Shown in pieces: positions 36,173 through 49,127 of a stretch of 64,000 nt of DNA. The position numbers and the translations under genes were made by a program. Positions within the stretch are counted from its first letter, which is position 1. Each line of letters begins with the position of its first letter. This DNA comes from Ancylonema sp. (taxonomy: Eukaryota), in assembly GCA_050230475.1 (NCBI GenBank), contig JBFLGF010000087.1:1-64000 (forward strand), read 5' to 3'. The notes under the pieces were generated by a model. That model searched no databases. It was not told the origin of the DNA and worked only from the letters and a program-made list of their open reading frames with translations.

Positions 36173-39100
36173 ATGGCGGGTGAACTGGAGAGCGATATGG
36201 AACAAAGAACTCCACTACCAATGTATGTTTGAAAATTCAACTTTATGCGTAAGACGATGAGAAGTTATAGGCCCTTGCGTCTGCGCAATGCCCCTGATAT
36301 AGAAATTATCAACGCCCGTCATTTAGCCTATCGGCGATAAGTATCCAAAGGAACGTATTGAGCTGCAATGCTCTAACCGTCTTACTCTTGTGTGACATAT
36401 TATATCCTCCAGTAGGTATTAGCGCTCCATGATTCTCATTACGCGGTCAATACAATGCTTCCTCCACATCCATCGGGGAAACTGAACTCGTGGCTCTCTC
36501 TCTATCATTTGCAGGAATGTGGTGTCGATTCTGCTGTAAGTCCTGCTCCTGAATAGACATAAGTCTGCAAAGCGACAGTATAGTTGACCAACCGATCCAT
36601 GTTTTCCAGAAATTGCTGAAATACAACAACTGTGGTCTCGACAATTCTTCAATTCTCACAGTCAAGTACCTCCCTGGCACAAGTTATGAGATTCAATGGA
36701 GAAGATGCACAACTCCTAACCAGTTCGCAACACACACACATATTCTTCCCGCCTGGAACTTTTAAGACAATCTCGTTTCCAAGATGACAGATCCAAATTT
36801 TAAAAACAAGCTTGAATAATTACGAGTACATTTTTATCATGCTCTTCATGCTGTCAAGGCAGCGCAAACAAAATAGTAAAAAAAACGGTACAGGATCGCA
36901 GGCCGATTGTGAAGGATTGTCAGTGGCCGTTGAGGGTATCCATTCGAACCCAAAACATATGATTCTCAACTCATCGACTGCAATGAATTGCGGATACTAA
37001 TGCAACATTAGAGCCTTTTAATGCTACGATTTAAGGAATGATAGATTTTGGACATACTCAGTGGCACGCTCGCACGGATCACCTGAATCGCGATGTGTTT
37101 GACCTATGAGGTTGCTCCCCGCAGTGTCATCCATGTTGGGCTTTCGATTCAACATTACATGCTAGTGGGCCTGGTAATCCCCCCAAACTGAGCCTGTTAC
37201 CCCTATCCATATTGCTCCACTTTGAACACTTATGGCTGTCCTGAGTAGACAGTTCAGTCAGACCAGTCCCCTGACACGTTCACTTCTGAACACGTTCACT
37301 TCTGAACACGTTCACTTGCACGCGTAGCGATCCCTTCGAAAGCCATAGACAATAGGAATGCGGCATTCAGACTTTAAGCAGTGACTGTGTCACGGTAGAG
37401 ACCTATGAGTGTCACGCATACTTTCTGCACGCGTGATGGCATGGTCGCATGGTCGCATGGTCGCATGGTCGCATGGTCGCATGATTTCATGTTTTGAGAT
37501 GATGGTGGCCGGTAGGGATGTGGGACTCGGATTCATGTGCTTCTCTGTGGACCCCCTATGCTGCACCACAAAAGTTACACAAATGTTACACACAAGAAAC
37601 ACTCCACTGCTGGTGATTTCAATAGCCCACGTTTCAGTCCAAGTCTGACTGTCACGGCAGTGAGGGCTGCATGGTCCCAACAGAAAGGAATCATTTAGTG
37701 CATGAGTATGTGTCCTCCTCCTCTGATTGGCTCGTGGTTCGGCCCTCGACTGACGCAGGTGGTGTACATGGTGAACTACTACGGAGTGGCTCAGAAGGAA
37801 GGGGATCTCGGGAAGTACTCGGGGTTAGCAGTGAGCAATCTGCCTGTTCCTCACATGTCAAAGAAAAAACTGTGCTCGTTGTCCCTCTTTTTGGAGTGGT
37901 ACGATGCATTCCACATCTACTTCTCTCGGATTTGCGAACCAGTAGACAAACCAAGGAAAAAAATCAAATTTTGAAGTAAGGGTATGTAAAAGTGACCAAC
38001 AGCAATGAAGATTGAGAAAAGGATGATAATAAGGATAGGTATGGACAACTCCTCTACCAGGATGCCATCTATCTCATCGTCCCTCTCTTCTCCCTGTCTA
38101 GCTGGGCATGTACAACATCTCCAACTTCTCTGTTTCGCTTCTGTGGGGCTACATTTCGGATTGGATTGGAAGAAAGGTAAGCTACGGGAGGCCTACAGTT
38201 TGCACCCAACAGTCACTCCAACCTCCATTCCACACACCCCCCTTCACTACCTTCTTCTTCGTTCTTTCATGTGCATAGCTGTCCCCTTCACTCACACACC
38301 TGTGTGGAATCACCGACCTTTCTCTCCCCTCCTTACCCCGCCCCACGTCTGCTCCAGTACGACCGACTCACGTATTTGTCGTTTTTAGGATGTGTAATTT
38401 CTATACAGGCACGTTCTTGTGATGAGATGGGGTTCCCGTCAGTACTCAATGATATAAAATTCTCTCCCACTAATCCCTCTTCTTCCCTTTCCCCCCCAGC
38501 CGTGTTTCGCCCTCGGTGCGTTGGTGGGCGTGGTGGGCATGTTCGGTCTCGCCTTCTGCAGCAACTACTATGTGGCGTGCGGCATCCTGGTCGCTTCCGG
38601 GCTACTCGACTGCGCGTTTGCGATGACCAAAGCAACCCTGGGGGAGATCTGCGACAAGGGAGAGCAGATGGGACAGGTGGCATACAGGGTGGTGCCAGCT
38701 GTCAGATGGAGGGAGCGCACGAATTTCGCATCACGAGCACTGCCCCCACAATTGCTGTACACGTGAAACTTAGACTGCGCCTCACTCTCATAAAGTGATA
38801 TGTAGGCTTACAAGTGTAACAGATTTCCCCTCCTCCGCACGAGCTGATCAAGATCGAATCTGAACCGTTGGCAGGTCGAATCAAGCAGAGGGGTTTGCTC
38901 TCCTCACAGTGGCCATGGGCGTGGCACCCATTGCGGGATCTCTTTTGGGCGGGTTGCTCGCCCAACCTTGCCAGCTGTACGAGCTAGCCGTCTGCCCACC
39001 CCTCCTCGAGCGGTTCCCCTTCTTCCTCCCCTTCTCCATCGTAGGTCTGGTGTACGCGACCTCCCTGGTGTGCGTCTTTTGGCTGCCAGAGACCAACCCC

Positions 39101-40334
39101 GTGGTGTTACAGAGGCGGGGGCTGGGGCCGTGGAATCAGAAAGAGGGTGGGGGGTACAAGAAGCTGGCAGAGGAGGGGGAGGTTGGGGTAGGACTGGGCT
39201 CTGGGATGGCCAAAGAGGTAGAGGAGGATGTGAGTAAGGAGGAGGGGGGCGGGTTTTGGAAAAGACTGTTCCCTCTCTCTGAAGCGAACCGGATGATGAT
39301 ATTGGTCGACAAGGATGGGGGGGTGGACCCGGGTCCGCTGTTGGGCAGATCTCCCGTGTACTTTCCAGGAAAGGGGGAGGAGAAGAAGCTTCTGAGGAGA
39401 ACTTCGTCGCTGACGTTGATGAAAGATAGGGATGTGGTTCTGTCCTGCTTCCTGTATGGGTTGGAGCAAGCCATCGTCATGTATGGGGGTAAGAGGGGTG
39501 GGAGGGGAGGCCTCAGCTGTAGTGATCATACTTGAGACCGTAAAAGTTTGCAAAAGATTGTGGGGTGATAATGATGATCTTGTTTAAGCTTTGCGTTTCA
39601 GAGACCAATTCAGGTTCCTGCTGAGTAACGCCTTGCAGTCGAGTCACTTGGGATATGCCAGGTGTCAGTGCATCTGGGTGCCTTCTTCATTTCTAAACTC
39701 GTTTCCACATGCATGGGACCGAGTTCTGAACACAGTGTCTTGTCTCCCACCATCGATTGCAGATATAATTTTTGCCGTCATCCTTGCAACCTCAGTGTCA
39801 GACGGCGGGTTTGGGTACAATTCTGCCACCCTAGGCATAGCCATGGGGTGCTACGGAGCCTTCATGTTCCTTTTTACTCTCTTTTTTTATCCCTTCCTTT
39901 GCCGACTTTTCGGTCCACGCCTCCTCTTCACAATTGTTTTCGCTGTATTTATCGTCCTGTGGCCAACGCGACCCGCCTTCGCCTCCCTGACAGCATCCCC
40001 CGACCTCCAGTGGGCTCTCGTAGTCCTATATGTTTTTGGTCGGGCGGTGGCAGGTGGCACTGGGTTTTCCGTAAGTCTTCTATTCGTCAGCAATGCCGCT
40101 TCAGCGGGTACCCGGGGGAGGGTCACGGGTCTAAGTGACACGTTCGCTGGGCTCACAAAGGCTGTTGCCCCAACAGTCGCCGGTTTTGTGTGGGCGTTTT
40201 CGGCGTCTCAGGAATTTCCCATCTACCCTTACTTTGCATCGGTGGTTTTGTCAGGCTTCTCTGTTATCGGCTTGATTGCTTCAACTTTCGCTTCACCTGC
40301 CTTGGCTGCTCCGAGGAAGGGGGAGTTTGAGTGA
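36173..40334 (+). CDS. MFS transporter, ZIF/ZIFL-like. Exons 36173-36222, 36515-36535, 37125-37173, 37759-37830, 38102-38176, 38500-38657, 38875-39488, 39763-40334
   Basis: Spliced protein MAGELESDMEQRTPLPMNVVSILL...GDLGKYSG...LWGYISDWIGRKP (MFS motif A)...GSLLGGLLAQP...RFPFFLP...GGFGY...RGRVTG. One donor is non-canonical (see findings). Confidence 0.85.
38356..38466 (+). mobile_element. Short 3' UTR fragment of the CRE-like retroposon inside MFS intron 5
   Basis: AGTACGA..G.CTCAC.TATTTGTCGTTTTT...ATGAGATGGGGTTCCCGTC...AATTCTCTC matches 10860-10965. Confidence 0.75.
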
Positions 40335-40696
40335 AGTGGGAAGGAATGACTCGAAAGAGTGTGTATTATTGTACATTTATGGAAATGCATTCATGACGAC
40401 TTCACACTGTTGTTTCCACGAAAGCATGTAGAAACGAGAATCGATCAGGCAAATGGTCTCGGGAACTATCACATATGAGAATTTAGGTCCATGGTCATTT
40501 GTAGACCTTTGATGTAGATAATGGTATGGGCACAATCTGCTGAAACGAGGGAACATTGATAGTGGCCAACGGGGTTTGCGTGGCACCATGATGGAGATGA
40601 CGTGCAGTATATAGCATACATTGTACATACATTTGGTGGGATTCGGACTTCGATGCGTGCGCCAATAGTAACTTTTAATCGAGTATGATTACATTA

Positions 40697-40745
40697 TCGA
40701 ATATCGAATATCGAATATCGAATATCGAATATCGAATATCGAATA
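40697..40745. repeat. (ATCGAAT)n 7-mer microsatellite
   Basis: About 7 copies read directly. Confidence 0.9.
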
Positions 40746-41857
40746 AGCAATTAGTGTATTGGCGAACTCTGTTTACAATCTACGGACATACATTGATATA
40801 GCTATGTGCGACACAAACGGAGGGATCTGAGAGCTGAAGGAAATGCAAATCAAACCTTACATTCAAGGAGTAGAGAAATACGTAGGTTGGAAGTTTGTGT
40901 CCTTCAAATGCTCATTTTACTTTTCTACTGGCTAGAGTCCTCAAACCTGACATGATTGCTTTGGTGCCTTAGTCAATTTGCTCCGGCAACTCTTCATCAC
41001 TTCACTCTGACCGACTTAGTCTTGGGTCACCACATTCGGGTTCTTCAAGAGGCTCATGTCTAGAGATCGCATACAATCTCTACATGTAGAGGTGAAAGTT
41101 TTGTTTTATAATGTATGCTACACAAACACGATAGTGGAACTCCAATTCAAATAAATAACAAAGAAGAGAGAGTCCAAGAAGTGCCGATGGTACAGCAACA
41201 CAAACTTGGCACCGATGCCTGTGAAGTATGCCACATGGCATTGCAACACGGGCTTGTAGAATACAAGCTAATGATGAATCTTGCCATACACAGCAAGGGC
41301 TGGCACTAAACTGCTTATTGATGAGTCGATTGCCGGAGTTATAAAGGATTTGAACGTTTTCTAGGCTTTGGTGCCTACAAGGCATACCTAACCTTCGTAT
41401 ACGCACGCTATATAGGAGTAAAGAGGTGAAATATGCCTCCAACCATGAAATCTGGACTTGTTCGACCAACTCACTAAACCTGAGTTTTTGTTCAGTATTG
41501 TCCCTATGTAGGGAAGTGGTATCACAGCAAGGACTATTTGACATGACGTTGACATGAGATCACAATGGATTGGAGAGAACACAAAGCCAACCATAAGCAC
41601 ACAAAACAAAAGACGTCGCCGTCCGAATGATTTTTGCGGCAATTGTAGACCATTACAGCACAAACAAAACAGATGGCAACACATGGAACACTTTCATGTT
41701 CTTTGTAGATTATTCTAGGCCAAAATCAAAAGAAATGAGTACGACGAGCTCGTGACAACCGAACTCCCTACGAATGTTTACTTCATTTCTATATCAATGC
41801 AAAAGTGTGAGTGGTCCAAAAAACACACCATGCCTCTGGAAAAGATGCACAAGTCTC

Positions 41858-43003
41858 TCACAACTTCGGAAACTCATTCGTCCAAAATTTTCTGAATGAA
41901 TGCTTCGAGCCCTCCTCTTTGACTTTCTTCACTTCATCTAGAGTGAGACGAAAATCATCAAGTTGCAATTGCTCTTTTTGCCGATCCAATTTCCCACTTG
42001 TTGTCACCGCAATAACCCCCATCTGGATGGTCCATCTTAGCAGAATTTGACCTGGCGTCTTCTCATACTTCTTTGCCAGCTCAGCCAGGACAGGCGCAAT
42101 TGGACCTTCTTTTTCGTGGACAATTGGGATCAGTGGCCCATACGCCTCCCTAACAATCCCGTGCTTCTCACAATACTCTGCCAATTCAGGTTGCTGCAGA
42201 TAGGGATTGTACTCAACCTGATTCGCTACTGGCTTGATCTTCGCAAAGCTCATCACTTTTTCCAAATCCTCCACCCCAAAATTTGAGACTCCGATATGCT
42301 TGGCCAGCCCAAGCCGGTGAGTCTCTTCCATGGCTTCCCACGCTTGCCTAAGATCGATTCCATCCTTTTCCAGATTGAAGAATGGGCTGTGGATGAGGTA
42401 AAGGTCAACGTAGTCAAGCTGGAGACGGGCGAGGGAGTCTTTGAGAGATTTGATGGGGTCTTTAATATTCTGCATCACTTTGGTTGTAATAAAAAGTTGC
42501 TCCCTGGGCACACCAGCCTCCTTTATCGCTACACCCGACTCTAGGTCAGTGCCGTAAACCTGTAGAGAGCAAAAACAGGATTAGAGGTAGATGCATTAGA
42601 TGTAGAGAGCCCCAAGAATCAGCGTGAGGTAGATGCAAGATTGATCGAGTAACAAAGCAGCAAGGTAGAGAAAAGGACATTGTTCCAATTGCGATCATTA
42701 TCAAGACGGGCAATACATGTGGATACACATACACCAGAATGCCAGTTGCATCGAAAAGCAGGCAGGTACAGATAATGCCGACAGAGGACAGCATCGTCGG
42801 GCTGTAATTCGGTTTCGGCTTACTTCAGCTAAATCCAGGTGGCGGTATCCCACGTCGATCGCACTCTTCATGCTCGAGATCAGCTCTTGGTTTAAATGTT
42901 TTGTCGGATCGTTGCCTGCTGTGTTGTACCAGGCAGTACCCGCGCCGAATCCTAACGCGGGTACAGGTGTGCCATTCGACAACTTGATTTCCAGCTTCGT
43001 CAT
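41858..43003 (-). CDS. Aldo-keto reductase, fungal AKR3C / conjugated-polyketone-reductase-like; exons 43003-42824 and 42559-41858
   Basis: GYRHLDLAE|VYGT (catalytic Asp and Tyr joined by a GT-AG intron), LFITTK, DYVDLYLIHSP, IGVSNF, NQVEYNPY and QILLRW. Confidence 0.93.
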
Positions 43004-43360
43004 GCCGATGGGAGTGTTAGCTGCAGACGTTGGAGACACCAGCTGAGAGCAAACTAGAGTCTTGATCCGAGAGCAGTATATATTGTTGTAATGTGCACCG
43101 TCGAAAAAGATAGAGGCGCTGCAGTGAGCGAAAGGTGCTTTCGTGACGACCGGTGCAAGTTGCAGTGTGATCTTCCACTGCATTACCTTCGCGATCGACC
43201 GCTACAGAATAAATTGCCAGTGACTCCCTGTGGAAAGCTGCCTCTTCTCATATCTTTGTTGCTGGCGTCATCAAGACGCAATCTTTTTTTAACTCCTGAC
43301 AGACCACGTGGCATTGTTTATGTGCTGTTGACCCTCACGGGAAAAGTGATACGAGACGTT

Positions 43361-43918
43361 GTTGTGCAACCCGCCCACCCGCCCGCCTGTTCGACCGTCT
43401 GCCCGCACTCTGATGAAGAATCGCAATCGGGTCGCCGCCACGGTTGGAGGGTTCTGACCGCGGATGGGGAAGTCCAGGCGAAGGAGGGAGGCCCGCCCGC
43501 GGGTGGCCGATTGGGAATCGGGCGGGTAGAGTACATCAGATGGTCATCTCACATCGGTTGTCTTACAGATATGCGTCACAGGCACACCTTCGGGAATCGG
43601 ACTTTTGTTTCCTATAACGTATATTTGTTGGTTACGTCATCATTCTATTATACACTTAACACATATGCGTTGTAGACCAAAAAGTCCGTCTCCTAAAGAT
43701 GTGCTTATAACGAATATTTGTTGTCCACCGAGACGACCGATTTTAAGACCTTAGCCACCCGATTCCCAGCCTTCCGACCGTGGGCCCTTTAATAGCTGCG
43801 GTCAGCAGCCCCCCGCCCGCGGTAGGAACTTTCCAGCCGCGGTCGGAATCGGGGAGGCAGTGAGTGACCACCCGCTCATCCCCAACCGATTGGTTTACGC
43901 GGGTGGGTCACAACCCTA
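43361..43918. mobile_element. Non-autonomous DNA transposon/MITE with long imperfect GC-rich inverted ends (YAGGGTTGTG terminus, hAT-like)
   Basis: The right end GGGTGGGTCACAACCCTA, reverse-complemented, matches CAGGGTTGTGTCCCACCCGC at 56363 and the related end at 61769. Shared internal block CCGCAGCTA...AATCGGGTGGCTA. No TSD found. Confidence 0.6.
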
Positions 43919-44360
43919 AATAGGACAGAACAAACAGTACGGGTCTTGACTTGCAACAGCCAGCTGCACAAATCTAGCCTGCCGCACAGTCGGCTGCATC
44001 CTGTAGAATACTGCAGCAAAACTGACGATGCGGCAAAAATGAAATTGCGGCAAAAATTATGATTCGTCAACATTTAAACATTATTTCTGCCTTCATTTCA
44101 AAATCGCGCGCTTTATCATCGCAACGTGCAACGGTCCCTTCAAACAAAACGCGTGGGCCAGGCTTTCCTCTGAGCCGGTAAAGCTGCTGAGGAAGTTTAA
44201 ACACAGAGAAAGACTGAATATTCGCCGAGTTCACGAAGTTCAACTGAAAAACTCTGGTGGCGTGCCCTGGGCAACGATTTGTCTTAGATTACAGTTTGGC
44301 AAATGATAACCGACTCGATGATTGTTTGAAAGTAGAGACCATAAACTGCAAGGATCATCT

Positions 44361-47300
44361 GATGGAGGCTGTAGACATGCATACCATAATAGACACGGTA
44401 CAGAAAAAATGGATGCAGCAAGAACGGTGTCAAAAATTACGCATGGAGCAGGTGAGCTGGTGTGGATTGCGTTCCGCTTCTGCAAATGTAAAAGTGATAA
44501 AATAATCTGTCGATAGATAATGCAGTGAACCATTACAGGGAGCAACAGATTCCACTTTTAGAATGCTCCGTCTACAAGCCAGCTTCTCATTGACTTGATT
44601 TTTTTCAACTTTGATTCCAGCTAGTGCACAACAAGAGGGGCGAAGCCGTCGCCTTGCGGTACGGGCAAGCTCATGATCAGCTTCAGCTAGGGTACTTGCA
44701 GCAAGAGCGATTGATTTTAAAGTCAAAACTTGGTGAGTGTTAAACCGTTTGATTGATTTTTTGTCAGCCTGGAAATGACTGACATAAATGTCTACGGAAA
44801 ACAATGACGCTGTGCGGCCACCACTGATGTTGGTACGTCGCATCGTTTACTGCTCGAAGTGTCGAGACATGGCTTATGGAGGGCATTCGGCTGTGTTTGA
44901 CGAAAAATAGTGCCTTCAATTCGATTACAGTGGCGGCAGAAGGGAAGGCAGCAGAGCTGTTATTCAGCTGCAACCTACTGAGAGCTCACCTTGAGCTTGA
45001 AAAGGTATTAATGACCGAGACCTGTTGTCGATTGTGAACGTAGGTACTTTGCATTTGTTCTTGAAGTGTCCCACAGAGCTCCATCATCATGTGTGAATAA
45101 GCTCAACTCCTTTTTTCTCTACCCTAAATGCTCAGGAAAGTTCAGAGCGAGCAGCTGATAGGGAAGCAGCTCGAGAATTTGCTCAACGAAGAGCTCTTTC
45201 CAGCGAGAAACAGACGGCCAAACAGAATGTCATCGAATCTAGTGAGAGGGCAGAGAGTCTAGCAAAGAAGCTGGAAGCAACAATTCAGCAGAACTTGGAA
45301 CTCTGCAGGAAGGTCGATCAGCTGACCAGTAGCCAGGTGAAGCACGAGAGTGACGCTGTGCGGCCACCACTGATGTTGGTACGTCGCATCGTTTACTGCT
45401 CGAAGTGTCGAGACATGGCTTATGGAGGGCATTCGGCTGTGTTTGACGAAAAATAGTGCCTTCAATTCGATTACAGTGGCGGCAGAAGGGAAGGCAGCAG
45501 AGCTGTTATTCAGCTGCAACCTACTGAGAGCTCACCTTGAGCTTGAAAAGGTATTAATGACCGAGACCTGTTGTCGATTGTGAACGTAGGTACTTTGCAT
45601 TTGTTCTTGAAGTGTCCCACAGAGCTCCATCATCATGTGTGAATAAGCTCAACTCCTTTTTTCTCTACCCTAAATGCTCAGGAAAGTTCAGAGCGAGCAG
45701 CTGATAGGGAAGCAGCTCGAGAATTTGCTCAACGAAGAGCTCTTTCCAGCGAGAAACAGACGGCCAAACAGAATGTCATCGAATCTAGTGAGAGGGCAGA
45801 GAGTCTAGCAAAGAAGCTGGAAGCAACAATTCAGCAGAACTTGGAACTCTGCAGGAAGGTCGATCAGCTGACCAGTAGCCAGGTGAAGCACAAGAGTGGG
45901 GGGAGGACACCAACAGCAGATACTAGGCTTGTAAAGACATTTCCAGAAGGAGAAGCAGTTGAAGAAGAATATGCTCGCAGAATAATGGAGAAGGATCAGT
46001 TGTTAGCTCAGGCAGTTGAGGAAGCAGAGATTTTGAGAGAGCGGCTTGGGCTTATGGAGGCTGAGGGCCCTGTGAGTCAGGTGGTGCAGGATGTTGTGAT
46101 GCAGGAGACAGAGAGTCAAAATGAAGGTATTGTCCTTGACTTTCAACCGCAAAAAAGTCTAACAAGAACATATTATTATCATGGTTTGTGTGTGTGGGTC
46201 AATTGCAGCATAAAACAATTATATACGTATTCGCCTCCTGCTAGTAAAGATGGTCTTTTACAGGTTGGAGTTCAGCACAAGGTCGATGCCTTCTGCAAAA
46301 GTTCAGGTTCGCAGTTTGTAATAATTGTACAATGCCGAGCCTGTGAACTGTATGTGCAGTCTGACTCTGTTAGCACTATTCAGGAGTTTTTACTAATGAA
46401 GCTTTCTGTCAGCTGTGCAACTATGTTTAAACTCATTATGTGTTTGTTACCTGCTGCAGATTTGAAGCTGCAGGTTGATAATTTGAGACAATCTGGAGAG
46501 AAACTTCTGGCTGTTGCACGGCACAGGGATTCTGTATTAGAGGATAAGATCCGCGATTTGCGGCTGGTCAGTCAGGAAAGGGACAGACTGCAAGCCTCTA
46601 TTAGAGGAAGCAAGCTCGAGAGCAAAATTTCAGGACCTCAGGCTGCACAAGTACGTGGGTGGGAGTTGATTTTCGGAAAAATCTTATGGTAGAGCTGTGT
46701 GCTACATGGGCGTCGCCTTTATGTTCAATCCCTCATTTCGATGTGGCAGAGGCTTGTAAGTCTTGCAAAGCAACACAATGCCAATTGCAACAAACAGTTG
46801 TTGGCCTGGGACGTGTTCCGTGTCGCATTGAACCATGTCACAATTGTGTAACGTGTTGATGATTCCCCACAGACAGCAGATTTCCCTTTCCGGTGTGCTG
46901 TGGGCTAGGAAATTGTTAAAGATTATGATGACTGTATAAACACATTGATGATAATTATATGATTACAGCTAGCTTACACAGTGGGGGTGCTGACTTGCAG
47001 ACCCTTTCAGAAAGCCGTATCCGCGAGCTGGAGACGGAGGCTGCTAAAGATCACAAGCTCAGGCAGCAACTAGAAGATCAAATTCTGGATGCCAAGATTG
47101 AACTGCAACGTTCTATCAGAGAGAAGGCAGAGGCTGACGGTATGCATGAGCTACAAGAGCAGAGACTGAGAGGCGCAGAGGAGACAATCAAACAATTGCA
47201 GGATGAGAAGGCGAGGCTGAGGAATCTCTGTGAGGATCTTGACAAGACTGTTCGGCAGCTTTCTGCTCCCAAACAGTCAGCAGAGAATGTGCATGCACAG

Positions 47301-49127
47301 TCTGGTGGGTGTGGGCTTCCGGCAGAGCCGAGACAAGAGAAGATTGCTCGGAATTTGGAAACTCCAGCTGATACTAGAGCAAAGGTACCCACTCAATGTC
47401 TACTGCAACATCTAGAGCACTATGCTTCAATCCTTTGCTGCTTCAGCTGATAGAAGAATATCGTGGCTTGGTTGTATTTGCAGCCGATCACGTCCTCTGA
47501 TCCTCGTAAGCACGACTATGGGCGCCAGCAGTTCAAGGAGCAGATCGCCATGCACATCCCGGTGCTGGGAGCAGAAACAGTGGACGCTGAAGCACAGGAC
47601 TACGAGACTCCGCCTGAAGAGTACAGCCAGTTCTTAAACATGAGTCTAGTGACGCCAGACTCTACCGAGCATGACACGCAACCTGCTGCCCTGGATAGTG
47701 ATGAGGCCGAAAATCGAAATCAAAAGCCGCAGGTGGCGGCAAAGATAAATGTGGCCAGCATGATTCCTTCTTCTGGCTCCCAGATGGATACCGGCACTGA
47801 TTCTCAGAGTCCTCAGGGCGTAGCTGGTAGTCGGGTGGCAAAATGTAGTGTAGACAAGACGCACCCAGAGAGTGCATCTATTGCGGACCAAGGAGAGGGC
47901 AACCATGCCGAGGCAGTGGTGTTGGAGAGCGAGAGTGGGGCAAAGGGGTCGACGGGGAGAGGAAGTGAGCTACCGTGGGAGAAGGAGGCTCCAAGTCGTG
48001 CAGACGATTACATCGTTCCTGTGTACACACGACGGGCAGTGTCTCGTCAACAAAAAGAGGAGCAGAGAGCGAAGGAAACAGGAGCAGCAGAGGGTTCGCA
48101 AGAGCCAGGGAGCAGAGTAGGCGAGTATGAGTTTAACATCCAGATGGAAGGACTTCCCCAAGAGGAAGCTCATGTGAAGAAAAGGGAAGGAAGCCGCGTC
48201 AGGCGGAAACGGAAAGGTGATACGAAAGATGATGGAAAGGAAAATGAAGACGAGGTGCCATTGCCCAAGCCCAAACGAAGAACAAAGGCAAAGCAGACGG
48301 AGGAGGTGGAGGTGGTAGTAGGGGTAGCAGAAGCAGACACTGCAGATGGACAGCTTGCAAAAGCAGCAGAGGCTGCCAACAAACGCCAGGTAAAAGTTCA
48401 GCTGAGAAGGTCTGCTGGGCATCAGTAATCGCAAACACCGCCTACGAGGGCGAAAGGCTTGTGAAAGGAACCGAGGTTTACTCGTGTTGCGCGGGCCGGT
48501 CATCCATGGCATCTGCAGTGTGCATTTTCAATTGTTCACTTCCAGCAAGACTTAGCTAGCTTCCAGTTGCTGACCTGACAGGAAGGCGACGTTAAGAATT
48601 GAGTACTCGAAACGAAACGTGTCCCTGCTTTGAAATACACATAGGCGTAGCATAGGCGTAGCTGATCTGATGTCTCACATCTCCCCTCAATTTTTCCGCA
48701 GCCTTCCTCAAGAGCACCGTTTGTGGCCCAAGATCTGAACACCCAGCAAGTGGTCCCTCCGACCAATCCCAAGCCTCCATCTGGCCCTGCTGGATCCGCA
48801 GGCAGTGCAAACCTACCGAGGGGAGAGGGAGCACCCAGGGCCAATGCGATCGCACACTTGCCTCCCCTGCCATCCCAGTCGATTCCAACAGATAGGAATG
48901 CAAAGAAGAGGAGGCTGACCCGAATCACGCCTCTGCCCCCCTCGCCGCTGGGCCAGAGCGTGGCTGGGGGCTCAGGGTGGGGGGGGGAGAGGGGAAGCAG
49001 TTTCGGGAGACCTGCATCTCAGTCATCCGTCAGCATGTTCACCAACGCGTTCAAAAAAGAACGGAGAGAATCTTTGGCACACTCAAACTCTGGCGTTAAG
49101 AAGTTCGCCTTTTCCCCTGCTTTGTGA
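44361..49127 (+). CDS. Multi-exon protein of unknown function: N-terminal coiled coils and a disordered acidic/basic C-terminus; 5' exon structure uncertain
   Basis: Phase-compatible exons such as 44931-45003, 45136/45682-46126, ~46460-46650, ~47001-47384, ~47484-48389 and ~48701-49127, with heptad-like E/K/Q/L/R composition. Weak remembered resemblance to plant 'cytomatrix protein-like' proteins (C-terminal MFTNAFK), unverified. Confidence 0.65.
44805..45896 (+). repeat. 546-bp direct tandem duplication (44805-45350 / 45351-45896)
   Basis: Copies read as identical apart from one G/A near the end; TG microhomology at the junction. Confidence 0.93.

Noticed and set aside
41080..41690. Degenerate Mutator/SWIM transposase remnant (HAI and CGNC-like fragments)
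   Set aside because: Only a few residues across different frames with many stops; cannot be supported without a profile search.
44768..44833. Candidate exon with an in-frame TGA (selenocysteine or readthrough)
   Set aside because: An alternative splice path (44625-44658 to 44931) avoids it, no SECIS is evident, and the exon itself is unproven.
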